This document shows positions 20,456 to 29,698 of a stretch of DNA of 64,000 bases, in pieces. The stretch comes from an uncultured Amylibacter sp. (GTDB lineage Bacteria; Pseudomonadota; Alphaproteobacteria; Rhodobacterales; Rhodobacteraceae), in contig CANMGS010000001.1 in assembly GCA_947497475.1 (NCBI GenBank), positions 1,197,747 to 1,261,746 of the forward strand, in the 5' to 3' direction. A program made the position numbers and the translations under genes. Under the pieces are notes generated by a model, which was not told the DNA's origin, made no database searches, and saw only the letters and a list, made by a program, of their open reading frames with translations. Numbering within the stretch: position 1 is the first letter of the stretch; the number at the start of each line of letters is the position of its first letter.

Positions 20456-20486
20456 TTACAGCGCCAAGATGGTTATTGCGCTGTAA
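20456..20486 (+). terminator. Hairpin downstream of the hydrolase gene (weak terminator candidate)
   Basis: Perfect 9-bp stem TTACAGCGC / GCGCTGTAA with a 13-nt loop. The T-tail is poor (GGCTATTTC). Confidence 0.35.
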
Positions 20487-20510
20487 GGCTATTTCAGACA
20501 AGCATGCGTT

Positions 20511-21728
20511 ATGAAAACCAGCCCTAAGCAGCGCTCTTTTACTGAATTCACAATCATGCTTGCGTTCATGATTTCCATTGTTGCGATGTCAACAGATGTC
20601 ATGCTGCCTGCCCTGTCTCTTATTGCAACAGATCTTGATTTGGAAAACTTGAATGACAGTCACTTCACTGTCTCATCCCTTTTTCTGGGGTTTGCATTTG
20701 GGCAAATGTTTGTGGGACCTTTATCTGATAGTTTTGGGCGTAAACCGATCGTTTATATCAGCTATGTCATTTTTATTATCGGGTGTTTGCTTGCGATTTT
20801 TGCAAGTAGCTTCACGATGCTTCTCATTGGCCGTGTCTTGCAAGGGGTAGGTGCCGCAGGCCCGCGTATTATCTGTACGGCTATTGTACGCGATGGGTTT
20901 GAAGGGCGTGCTATGGCACGCATTATGTCGTTTGTTATGGCCGTCTTTATCATCGTACCTGCCATAGCCCCTGCGATTGGGCAAGCTGTGATCTATCTGG
21001 CAGGGTGGCGTGCTACATTTGTGATGCTCTTGGCGATGTCAGTGATATCGTTTCTTTGGTTCGGGCTAAGACAACCCGAAACATTACCAAAAACGGCGCG
21101 CAGAGCTTTTTCACTGGGCAATATATGGAGCGGTATCGTTGAAATTACAAAGATCCGAGCAGCGCTTGGATATGCAATTACTGCAGGTTTTATTTTTGGA
21201 CCTTTCCTTGGGTATCTTGGGTCGGCACAGGCAATTTTCCAAGAAACCTACGGAGTGGGACAGTACTTTGCTTTGTATTTTGGAATAGCCGCTTTAGCGA
21301 TTGGGTCAGCATCTCTATTGAACTCCACATTGGTTATGCGCTTGGGTATGCAATATTTAACTGCATGCGCGATAATCAGTGGAATCTTTATATCAACAAT
21401 ATTTGTGGGTGTTGTGATAAGCCTGTCAGGCACCCCACCATTGTGGGCCTTTATGATGTGGCTCATACCGACATTTTTTTGTGTCGGGATTTTGTTTGGC
21501 AACTTAAACGCTTTAGCGATGGAACCTTTGGGTGATATGGCGGGCCTAGGCTCGGCTTTTATCGGTGCAACAACCACTTTTATCAGTTTGCCGATTGGTT
21601 TGATGGTCAGCGATCAATTCGCGGGGACTGTGACGCCACTGGTTTTGGGGTTTGCGATCTTCAATATGATTGCTTTTATGATGACGAATTGGTCTAGAAA
21701 CAGACCAATTCTGACGTTTAAAATATAA
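20511..21728 (+). CDS. MFS transporter (Bcr/CflA drug-resistance subfamily-like)
   Basis: 405 aa with about 12 TM segments. Loop motif GPLSDSFGRKP is typical of MFS DHA1. Confidence 0.85.
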   Translation: MKTSPKQRSFTEFTIMLAFMISIVAMSTDVMLPALSLIATDLDLENLNDSHFTVSSLFLGFAFGQMFVGPLSDSFGRKPIVYISYVIFIIGCLLAIFASSFTMLLIGRVLQGVGAAGPRIICTAIVRDGFEGRAMARIMSFVMAVFIIVPAIAPAIGQAVIYLAGWRATFVMLLAMSVISFLWFGLRQPETLPKTARRAFSLGNIWSGIVEITKIRAALGYAITAGFIFGPFLGYLGSAQAIFQETYGVGQYFALYFGIAALAIGSASLLNSTLVMRLGMQYLTACAIISGIFISTIFVGVVISLSGTPPLWAFMMWLIPTFFCVGILFGNLNALAMEPLGDMAGLGSAFIGATTTFISLPIGLMVSDQFAGTVTPLVLGFAIFNMIAFMMTNWSRNRPILTFKI

Positions 21729-21813
21729 CGATAAAACCCGAGCGATAGCGAGGGCCACACCCAACGGGAGCAAGGCATCTTTGATGCCGCAGTCGACGGG
21801 CGGGAGAAACCGC

Positions 21814-22392
21814 TTAGCTGTCAGTTTGTTGCGGTAATAGCGCTTTGATAACGGTAATAGCTTCTGGTGAATGCCAATCCGCATCCCCCAACATACGTCC
21901 AATTTCTTGACCTTCTGCATTCAGGATTAATGTTGTTGGCAGACCAAAAACACCGTTGCCGCGACCCATTTCCTGTGTGGGATCCAGTAGAATAGGCAAG
22001 TTCGTTACATTGATCTTGTCAAAGAACTTTTTAACAATCGGCACAGGGTTCCGGCCTGTGGCAACTGGAACTACTGCGAAATGATCGCCACCTAGTTCTG
22101 CTTGCAGTGCATCGATGGCGGGCATTTCTTCACGACAAGGTGCGCACCATGTGGCCCAGAAGTTCAAAAGAACCACTTTGCCTTTGTAATCATCAAGTGA
22201 TGCTTCGTTTCCATCGACATCTAAGAATGTTTTCACTTTGATGTCGCGAGCTTCTGAATGAAACACGAGCTTTTTCATATCGCCTTCGCGCAATTCGGAA
22301 ACGGCAGACAAATCTATCTTTTCTGCAAACACAGGATTTGCACCTAGCGTTAGGGCAGCGTATAGGATGCTGAATAGAAACTTACGGGTCAT
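21814..22392 (-). CDS. TlpA-family periplasmic thiol:disulfide oxidoreductase
   Basis: 192 aa. Signal peptide and thioredoxin motif NFWATWCAPC. Divergent from argH. Confidence 0.85.
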   Translation of the reverse strand: MTRKFLFSILYAALTLGANPVFAEKIDLSAVSELREGDMKKLVFHSEARDIKVKTFLDVDGNEASLDDYKGKVVLLNFWATWCAPCREEMPAIDALQAELGGDHFAVVPVATGRNPVPIVKKFFDKINVTNLPILLDPTQEMGRGNGVFGLPTTLILNAEGQEIGRMLGDADWHSPEAITVIKALLPQQTDS

Positions 22393-22421
22393 ATTGGCCT
22401 TCTTGAATTACGGTTACGAAC

Positions 22422-23816
22422 ATGTCGGACAAAAAACAATCGAATGCAATGTGGGGCGGACGCTTTGCCAGCGGCCCAGACGCGATTATGGAGGCGATTA
22501 ATGCCTCTATCGATTTCGATCAGCGCATGGCGCGTCAGGATATCGAAGGGTCACGTGCACATGCAGCGATGTTAGCCCAACAGGGTATCATCACATCTAG
22601 CGATGCAGAGGCCATCCGTGAAGGCCTGCTCACGGTATTGTCAGAGATTGAAACTGGAACGTTTGAATATTCCAAAGCTTTGGAAGACATTCACATGAAC
22701 GTTGAGGCGCGTTTGAAAGAGATTGTTGGCGAACCTGCTGGGCGTTTGCACACGGGTCGGTCACGAAATGACCAAGTGGCATTGGACTTTAAGCTGTGGA
22801 CGCGGGATCAATTCGATGCAGCGATTTCAGGTTTGGATGCGCTGATTAAAGCGCTTTTGGTTCAGGCCGAAGAACATGCCGACGTTGTGATGCCAGGGTT
22901 TACACACCTTCAGGTGGCGCAACCTGTAACATGGGGCCACCATATGATGGCTTATGTGGAGATGTTTGCACGTGATAAGTCCCGTATGATGGATGCGCGC
23001 GCCCGTATGAACGAATCGCCATTGGGGGCTGCAGCCCTTGCTGGAACTGGTTTCAACATTGATCGGGATATGACTGCTAAGGCGCTTGGGTTTGACCGTC
23101 CGTCTGCGAATTCATTGGATGCTGTGTCTGATCGTGATTTCGCGTTGGAATTCCTATCGTCATCATCGATTTGTGCGACTCACTTATCTCGTTTTGCAGA
23201 AGAGTTGGTGATTTGGTCATCCGCGCAATTCCGTTTTGTGGTTTTATCGGATCGTTTCTCAACAGGATCATCGATTATGCCGCAAAAGAAAAACCCCGAT
23301 GCGGCTGAATTGATCCGCGCCAAGGTTGGTCGGATCAATGGGTCATTGGTTGGTTTGTTGACTGTGATGAAGGGTCTGCCTTTGGCGTACTCCAAAGACA
23401 TGCAAGAAGACAAAGAACAGGTGTTTGATGCGGCTGACAGTCTGATGCTGGCGTTGGCCGCGATGACAGGCATGGTTGGCGATATGAAACCAAATGTTGA
23501 AAGTCTTGAAGTGGCTGCGGCCAGTGGGTTTTCAACGGCAACAGATTTGGCTGATTGGTTGGTGCGCGAATTGGGCATGCCGTTCCGTGATGCGCATCAC
23601 GTAACAGGTGCGCTTGTGAAAATGGCAGAGGATGGCGGTGTTGACCTGCCTGATCTAACACTAGAACAGATGCAATCTGTGCATGCGGATATTACCGATG
23701 CTGTGTTTGGCGTACTTGGGGTTCACAACTCGGTCGCGAGCCGTCTAAGCTATGGTGGCACAGCGCCAAAACGTGTGCGTGAACAAGTGGCGCGTTGGAC
23801 AAAGGAATTGGGATAA
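22422..23816 (+). CDS. argH: Argininosuccinate lyase
   Basis: 464 aa. MWGGRFA start and the fumarate-lyase signature [12 protein letters not shown]. Confidence 0.97.
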   Translation: MSDKKQSNAMWGGRFASGPDAIMEAINASIDFDQRMARQDIEGSRAHAAMLAQQGIITSSDAEAIREGLLTVLSEIETGTFEYSKALEDIHMNVEARLKEIVGEPAGRLHTGRSRNDQVALDFKLWTRDQFDAAISGLDALIKALLVQAEEHADVVMPGFTHLQVAQPVTWGHHMMAYVEMFARDKSRMMDARARMNESPLGAAALAGTGFNIDRDMTAKALGFDRPSANSLDAVSDRDFALEFLSSSSICATHLSRFAEELVIWSSAQFRFVVLSDRFSTGSSIMPQKKNPDAAELIRAKVGRINGSLVGLLTVMKGLPLAYSKDMQEDKEQVFDAADSLMLALAAMTGMVGDMKPNVESLEVAAASGFSTATDLADWLVRELGMPFRDAHHVTGALVKMAEDGGVDLPDLTLEQMQSVHADITDAVFGVLGVHNSVASRLSYGGTAPKRVREQVARWTKELG

Positions 23817-23917
23817 TGGCAGTTCGTTTACTGGTTGTTATAGCGTTAAGCTTTGGTGCGATATCCTGCGGGGTAAAGGGTGATCCTTTGCCACGTACAG
23901 AGACATCAGAGGAATAA
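23816..23917 (+). CDS. LptM-like mini-lipoprotein; below the ORF-track length cutoff
   Basis: 33-aa [36 protein letters not shown]. It has a lipobox-like ISC followed by G-x-KG-x-L-P, as in the small lipoproteins commonly found upstream of lysA. The ATG overlaps the argH TAA. Confidence 0.6.
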   Translation: MAVRLLVVIALSFGAISCGVKGDPLPRTETSEE

Positions 23918-23921
23918 GCCG

Positions 23922-24236
23922 ATGTTGCGCATGATCTACCTTGCATTGGCGGTGGTTGGAACGATCCAGCCCATGCGCTATTTTTTGCAGTGGTTTGATG
24001 AAAACGGCTATGATCTGATGGCGATGGCGGATGCTTGGCATGTGAATGCAGCGACCAGTGGGCTGGTATGGGATTTGACCATTGCAGCCGCTGCCCTGAC
24101 AATCTGGATTTTAGCAGAAGTTTATGTGCGTAAAGATTATTGGGTGGCACCGATTTGTATTGGTGCTACGTTCTGTATTGGCGTCTCTTGCGGGTTGCCA
24201 TTGTATTTGTATTTGCGCACGCGCCCGATCAAGTAG
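23922..24236 (+). CDS. DUF2834-like small membrane protein
   Basis: 104 aa from the ATG at 23922 (MLRMIYLALAVVGTIQPMRYFLQWF...). The longer ORF-track version starts at 23880 inside the lipoprotein gene and is less likely. Confidence 0.6.
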   Translation: MLRMIYLALAVVGTIQPMRYFLQWFDENGYDLMAMADAWHVNAATSGLVWDLTIAAAALTIWILAEVYVRKDYWVAPICIGATFCIGVSCGLPLYLYLRTRPIK

Positions 24237-24242
24237 GACATC

Positions 24243-25508
24243 ATGGATCATTTTATATACAGAGATGGCGTTTTGCACGCCGAAGATGTGGCAGTGACTG
24301 AAATTGCTGCAACTGTTGGCACCCCGTTTTACGCGTATTCAGAGGCGACTTTGGCGCGCCATTTCCGCGTGTTTGACGAAGCTTTGGACGGCATGGATCA
24401 TTTGATCTGTTATGCGGTTAAGGCGAATTCAAATGTAGCCGTTTTGAAAATCCTAGGCGATTTGGGCGCTGGTATGGATGTGGTGTCTGGCGGTGAATAT
24501 TTGCGTGCGAAAGCGGCGGGTGTACCAGGGGATCGTATCGTGTTTTCTGGTGTGGGCAAAACACGTGAAGAAATGCGTATGGTTTTGACGGGTGGTATTC
24601 GTCAGTTCAATGTTGAGTCTGAGCCCGAGCTGGCTGTGCTGAATGAAGTGGCACAGGAATTGGGCGTAGTTGCGCCAATTACATTGCGTGTGAACCCCGA
24701 TGTCGATGCGAAAACACATGCAAAAATTGCGACAGGGAAATCGGATAATAAGTTTGGCATTCCGATTGCAAAATCCCGCGCTGTTTATGCGCAAGCCGCT
24801 GAAATGGCTGGGATCGAGGTTGTGGGCGTGGATGTTCACATTGGCAGCCAGCTGACTGACCTTGAACCATTCCGTAATGCATTCCTGAAAGTACGTGATC
24901 TTACAGAAGAATTGCGTGCCGACGGTCACAACATTCGACGCCTCGATTTGGGCGGTGGTTTGGGCATTCCTTATGCGCGTTCGAATGAAGCCCCACCTTT
25001 GCCGATGGATTATGGTCAAGTGATCAAAGATACTGTTGGTGATATGGGCGTTGAGATCGAGATTGAGCCAGGCCGTTTGGTGGCTGGCAACGCTGGTATC
25101 ATGGTGACCTCTGTTATTTACAACAAAGAAGGCGAAGGTCGTGATTTCTTGATCGTGGATGCGGCGATGAATGATTTGATCCGCCCTGCGATGTACGAAG
25201 CACATCACGATATTATCCCCGTTTTGGAACCAGAAGTGGGCACCGATAAGGTAGAGGTTGATATTGTTGGCCCTGTTTGTGAAACAGGCGATACATTTGC
25301 GAAACATCGTATGATGCATCCTGTGGCAGACGGTGGGCTGGTCGCGTTCCGTTCTGCGGGGGCTTATGGCGCGGTTATGTCGTCGGAATACAACACGCGC
25401 CCGATGATCCCAGAGGTTTTGGTTAAAGGTGATCAATTTGCTGTCATTCGAGAGCGTCCAACCTTTGACGAAATGATAAATCGCGATAAGGTTCCAGAGT
25501 GGCTTTAG
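24243..25508 (+). CDS. lysA: Diaminopimelate decarboxylase
   Basis: 421 aa. PLP-site motif YAVKAN, plus GGGLGIPY and EPGR motifs. Confidence 0.97.
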   Translation: MDHFIYRDGVLHAEDVAVTEIAATVGTPFYAYSEATLARHFRVFDEALDGMDHLICYAVKANSNVAVLKILGDLGAGMDVVSGGEYLRAKAAGVPGDRIVFSGVGKTREEMRMVLTGGIRQFNVESEPELAVLNEVAQELGVVAPITLRVNPDVDAKTHAKIATGKSDNKFGIPIAKSRAVYAQAAEMAGIEVVGVDVHIGSQLTDLEPFRNAFLKVRDLTEELRADGHNIRRLDLGGGLGIPYARSNEAPPLPMDYGQVIKDTVGDMGVEIEIEPGRLVAGNAGIMVTSVIYNKEGEGRDFLIVDAAMNDLIRPAMYEAHHDIIPVLEPEVGTDKVEVDIVGPVCETGDTFAKHRMMHPVADGGLVAFRSAGAYGAVMSSEYNTRPMIPEVLVKGDQFAVIRERPTFDEMINRDKVPEWL

Positions 25509-25528
25509 AGAATTCTCTCTGATCCCGA

Positions 25529-28102
25529 ATGGAAAGGCAGCTTATGGCTGAACCTAAACCAGATAATATCAAGAACACCGCTTCTTTGAGTAAATCATTG
25601 AGGGCGAAAATTTGGTTGTCAGGATTAGGGTTGCGTACCGAACGTATATGGCGTGCATTTTGGCCCGCTATGACGGCATTTTGCGGCTTATTTGGGTTGG
25701 TTCTTTGGGATTTTCACCTACTTTTTGATCATCCATATGGGTTGATCGCGTATAGTCTTATTGCAGTCTTATCGTTTGCGTTTTTGCTGTTTGGTTTTCG
25801 ACGCTTGCAACGCACTTCTGCGGATGAAGCGGTTGTAAGGTTAGATTCGAATCTATCTGAAAAACCTGTAACTGCATTGTTGGACCGCCCTATCATTGGT
25901 GAAAATGATGCGGAGGCGCAAGAATTATGGGCGCTTCACCAAGAGCGGATGGAAACCAAGGCGAAGCAAGCTTATGTTGCGCCTCCGAATGCGCAGTTGT
26001 CGCGGAATGATCCTTGGGCAATACGTTTGGTTGCATTGGTGTTCTTTGGCTCTGCGATTTTCTTTGCACGGGCGAATTCAGATCAGTCTTTGGTTGAGAC
26101 ATTGCAGGACCTTGCAAGCGGCACCACAGAAACATCTGTGAGCTTTGAAGCTTGGGCTGAGCCTCCTGCATACACTGGATTTCCTGCGATTTATTTAAGT
26201 GACCTAGAAAAAGGGTCTGCATTAGAGTTGCCAGAAGGCACACAATTCATCCTGCGTAGCTATGGTACATCTGCGTTGGATATTGAAAGTGAAGTTGCTG
26301 ATCTAGCAGAAGATCAAGATGAGCTTACAGATGAAACGACGTTCACTTTATCTAAAAGTGGTGTGCTACGTTTGAAGAAAGGGTTCCGTACGGTTGGTGC
26401 TTGGGACATTACAATGATCCCCGATTTGCCTCCAAGCGTAGAGCTGACCGACGAAATTACGCGCACAGTCCAAGGGTCATTACAGATGGCCTATAAAGCG
26501 AAAGATGACTACGGGATCACAGGTGGTCAGGTTGTTATTACGCTTGATATGGAGGCAATAGATCGTAGACACGGGTTGGTTTTAGATCCAGAAGTGACTA
26601 AAAAATTGGTGCTGAACCTGCCTTTACCATTTAATGCAGATGTCAGTGATTTCGAAGAAACTTTAGTAGAAGATCTAGCAGAACATCCATGGGCGGGATT
26701 ACCTGTGACGATATCATTGTCAGTTGTGGATGCGGCAGGCAATAGTAGCTCTATTGAACCTGTTTCGGTTGCAATGCCAGGCAAGCGTTTCTTTGATACG
26801 CTTGCGGGTGCTTTAGCTGAACAGCGACGAGATATATTGTGGAACCGTCAGAATATTGATCGTGCCAATATGATTTTAAAGGCGCTGACGCATTTGCCCG
26901 AGACGGGCTTTCAGAACGAACGCGCTTATTTGATGGTGCGGTCGATCATCAGACGCTTGGGATATTCGGATATACGCCCTATCAAGGACGAAATGCAAAA
27001 TGATGTGGCAAAGACACTTTGGCGCGCTGCATTGTTGATTGAGGACGGTGATTTATCAAATGCGGCTGAACGTCTGAAACGCGCCCAAGAACGGTTATCC
27101 GAAGCTATGGAAAATGGAGCTACCGACGAAGAGATTGCCGAATTGATGGACGAACTGCGCGAAGCCACGGATGAATATATGCGTGAGTTGGCAGAGAATG
27201 CACAAAGGCAAGATCTACAGCAGGCGCAAAATGAAAACGCGCGTGAAGTGTCGCCCGATATGATCCAAGAAATGATGGACCGCATTCAAGAGTTGATGGA
27301 GCAAGGGCGCATGGATGAAGCGCAAGCATTGCTGCAGCAACTTCAGCAGATGATGGAGAATATGCAGGTTACACAAGGTGATCCGCAAGGCGGTGGCCAA
27401 GGCCAGCCGGGAAACCAAGGTTTGCAAGATACATTGAACGAGCAGCAACAGCTGGCCGATGAAAATTTTCAGCAGATGCAAGAAGAGTTCAACCGCAATC
27501 AACAAGGTCAGCAACCCAACGGTGAGCAAGAAGGTCAGCAACAAGATGGGCGTCGTGGCGATAGCCAAAATGGACAACAACAAAGCGAAAATGGCGGTGG
27601 CGAACAAGGTGATTTATCGGAACGTCAGGAAGCATTGCGCGAATTAATGCAGCAACAATTGCAACAGCTTGGCGAAGATGGTTCGCAAGCTGGTCAATCT
27701 GCACGTGAGGCTTTGGAAGAAGCAGAACGTCAGATGGGAGAAGCTAGAGATAATCTGGAACGTGGTGATGGCAGTGCTGCTTTGGATAACCAAGCTGATG
27801 CAGTAGAAGCCTTGCGTAATGGGATGCGCCAATTAAACGAAGCGGAAAGACAGCAAGCCCGCGAAGGGCAGGCGCGCGATGGGCAACAGGGCGGAGAAAC
27901 GAATGGCCCTGAAGGCGAAGACCCACTTGGGCGCTCTTCTGCAGAACGCGGCACAGCACAATCGAATGAACGATTGTTAAACGGCGATGAGTCGCTTCGT
28001 AAATCTAAAGAGATTCTAGATGAAATCAGACGCCGCTCTGGGGAACGGACACGACCACAGTTAGAATTGGATTACCTAGAACGTTTATTAGATCGTTTTT
28101 AG
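25529..28102 (+). CDS. TIGR02302-type (DUF4175-like) alphaproteobacterial membrane protein with a Gln/Gly-rich low-complexity region
   Basis: 857 aa. 2-3 N-terminal TM helices and a long C-terminal region with QQLQQMMENMQ...QGGGQGQPGNQG...QQGQQPNGEQEGQQQ. This matches my recollection of the TIGR02302 description (about 850 aa, alphaproteobacteria only). The start could be 25529 or 25541. Confidence 0.75.
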   Translation: MERQLMAEPKPDNIKNTASLSKSLRAKIWLSGLGLRTERIWRAFWPAMTAFCGLFGLVLWDFHLLFDHPYGLIAYSLIAVLSFAFLLFGFRRLQRTSADEAVVRLDSNLSEKPVTALLDRPIIGENDAEAQELWALHQERMETKAKQAYVAPPNAQLSRNDPWAIRLVALVFFGSAIFFARANSDQSLVETLQDLASGTTETSVSFEAWAEPPAYTGFPAIYLSDLEKGSALELPEGTQFILRSYGTSALDIESEVADLAEDQDELTDETTFTLSKSGVLRLKKGFRTVGAWDITMIPDLPPSVELTDEITRTVQGSLQMAYKAKDDYGITGGQVVITLDMEAIDRRHGLVLDPEVTKKLVLNLPLPFNADVSDFEETLVEDLAEHPWAGLPVTISLSVVDAAGNSSSIEPVSVAMPGKRFFDTLAGALAEQRRDILWNRQNIDRANMILKALTHLPETGFQNERAYLMVRSIIRRLGYSDIRPIKDEMQNDVAKTLWRAALLIEDGDLSNAAERLKRAQERLSEAMENGATDEEIAELMDELREATDEYMRELAENAQRQDLQQAQNENAREVSPDMIQEMMDRIQELMEQGRMDEAQALLQQLQQMMENMQVTQGDPQGGGQGQPGNQGLQDTLNEQQQLADENFQQMQEEFNRNQQGQQPNGEQEGQQQDGRRGDSQNGQQQSENGGGEQGDLSERQEALRELMQQQLQQLGEDGSQAGQSAREALEEAERQMGEARDNLERGDGSAALDNQADAVEALRNGMRQLNEAERQQAREGQARDGQQGGETNGPEGEDPLGRSSAERGTAQSNERLLNGDESLRKSKEILDEIRRRSGERTRPQLELDYLERLLDRF

Positions 28103-29538
28103 ATCAGCCCTTTGATCATATCAATCAATGGTGCAGCAGCGCTAACCAGTTGATTAACTATATTGGTTAGCGTGCTTAATGGCCCAGCAAGTTGTGGTAC
28201 ATATTCAGAGATCACAGGCGCCAGAAAATACAGTAGACCGATGATGATAAATAACAGAACTGCTAGGGTGAAACCGCGTAAGAAGCCACCTTTTGATTTA
28301 GCTTTAGTCGCTTGTGCTGCGAGTTCTTCTTCTGGAATACTATCGGCATCATGGATGAGCTCTGAGGTGAGTTCATCAACATCTGGGAACATATCTTTGC
28401 GGTCGCTTTTTGCTGCACCGTACAATGTATCAGGCTCGGCATCACCTGTTGGGAATGCGCGTGGCGTGATTTTACGAGCTGACCGTTTGGTGCCAGCCTC
28501 TTCTTTATCTTTCTCCGAAACCAAAGCTGCAATTTCAGCATCAATAGATTGATCAGGCTCTGTCTGCTCTGCAACTAGGTCAATGTCAGACGGCGCTGTC
28601 GTTTCGGCGAGAATTTCTTCGCTTGGAATATTCTCTTCGTATAGATCGTCAGGCTTTTCTTGCGGCGTTGAACGCGCACCAGATGCTGAAGGTCGTGAAA
28701 AAGGGTTGTCCACATCAGATGGTCGGCTTGGGATCGGTTCATCAATCTCTGCTTCGGGGATCGGTTCCAATTCTGGCAAAACCAAATCATCTAACGCATC
28801 AGGTTTAGTATCATCCACAGCCTCAACGGGTTCTACTGTTAGCGATGTTTGAGCGACTTCTTCAACGTTTTCCAGTTCCATAATTCGGCGTCGGATTTCA
28901 TCAAGGTCATCAGGTTGGTCGTCTTCCAGTTCTGGAGTCACCTCAACAGTCTCGGTATTTTCGACTTCATCAATTGGTGGAATTTCCGTTTCAGAAACTT
29001 CTGGAAGCTCTGGTATATCACTTAAAATGTCGTCGACATTCAGATTGTCTTCAACAGGTGGCTCCGATGGTGTTTCCTCGGGTGTAATCTCTTCGGCTGG
29101 TTCGTCAATTGGTTGCTCTTGTGGCGCTTCCGCTGCAGCAGGAGGTTTTTCACCACTAGAATATTCAGCTTCTTCACGCAACATATCCAAAGCGTCTTGA
29201 TCCATACGGCTGGATGGTGCCGCTGGTTCTTGCTCGATTTGGAAATCATCACGCGGTTCTTCGGGCTCTAGATCATCAGGGTTTGGCGATACATTTGCAC
29301 GTGCACTTGCAAAAGGAGTTGAAAGCTTTCCTTCGAGATCGTTGAACAATTCTGGTGGGACATCGCTATCAGGATCGCCAGCACCAAAAGGTGTGTCTGG
29401 ATCAGCGCTAAACATCTGAATGGAGTCTTGGAACCAGTTATGACCACAGTTCGCACATTGAACATCACGGCCTTCTGGTGGAATAACGTCCTGATCTACT
29501 TCGTACTGTGCTACGCAGTTTGGGCAAATTAGCCTCAT
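28099..29538 (-). CDS. MJ0042-type zinc-ribbon protein (ZitP-like) with an acidic disordered linker and C-terminal TM anchor
   Basis: 479 aa. N-terminus MRLICPNCVAQYEVDQDVIPPEGRDVQCANCGHNWFQ (CxxC...CxxC). About 380 aa of Pro/Glu/Asp-rich sequence, one TM helix (GFTLAVLLFIIIGLLYFLAPVI) and a short tail. Confidence 0.8.
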   Translation of the reverse strand: MRLICPNCVAQYEVDQDVIPPEGRDVQCANCGHNWFQDSIQMFSADPDTPFGAGDPDSDVPPELFNDLEGKLSTPFASARANVSPNPDDLEPEEPRDDFQIEQEPAAPSSRMDQDALDMLREEAEYSSGEKPPAAAEAPQEQPIDEPAEEITPEETPSEPPVEDNLNVDDILSDIPELPEVSETEIPPIDEVENTETVEVTPELEDDQPDDLDEIRRRIMELENVEEVAQTSLTVEPVEAVDDTKPDALDDLVLPELEPIPEAEIDEPIPSRPSDVDNPFSRPSASGARSTPQEKPDDLYEENIPSEEILAETTAPSDIDLVAEQTEPDQSIDAEIAALVSEKDKEEAGTKRSARKITPRAFPTGDAEPDTLYGAAKSDRKDMFPDVDELTSELIHDADSIPEEELAAQATKAKSKGGFLRGFTLAVLLFIIIGLLYFLAPVISEYVPQLAGPLSTLTNIVNQLVSAAAPLIDMIKGLI

Positions 29539-29698
29539 GTTAACCCCATTCTTTTGTATGATTCTTGTTGGTCGAATCTTTGCTCATAACCCTTTTAGAC
29601 ACGAAAACCGCTTATTCCAAGCTTTTGTAGGGTTTTGTAGTGATTGCAACGGGCGGCAAGGTAATAGATATTAGCCAAAACAAGATTCGGAGCAGGCA

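Noticed and set aside
24453-25436. A 327-aa ORF on the minus strand, entirely inside lysA
   Set aside because: It is the codon-aligned antisense frame of lysA, so its stops would require the sense codons TTA, CTA or TCA. lysA happens to avoid these over this stretch; the ORF ends at the sense CTA at 24453. The translation is rich in His, Arg, Asn, Phe and Cys and has no domain-like pattern, and lysA itself is unambiguous. It is an artefact of codon bias.
27120-27959. A cluster of overlapping 60-130-aa ORFs on both strands
   Set aside because: They fall inside the Gln/Glu/Gly low-complexity region of the TIGR02302 gene. Repetitive CAG/CAA/GAA-rich DNA is depleted in stop codons in several frames.
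28163-28852. Plus-strand ORFs (129, 89 and 61 aa) opposite the zinc-ribbon gene
   Set aside because: They are antisense to the acidic Pro/Glu/Asp-rich linker, where GAA/GAT/CCA repeats yield Ser-rich antisense frames. They have no independent support.
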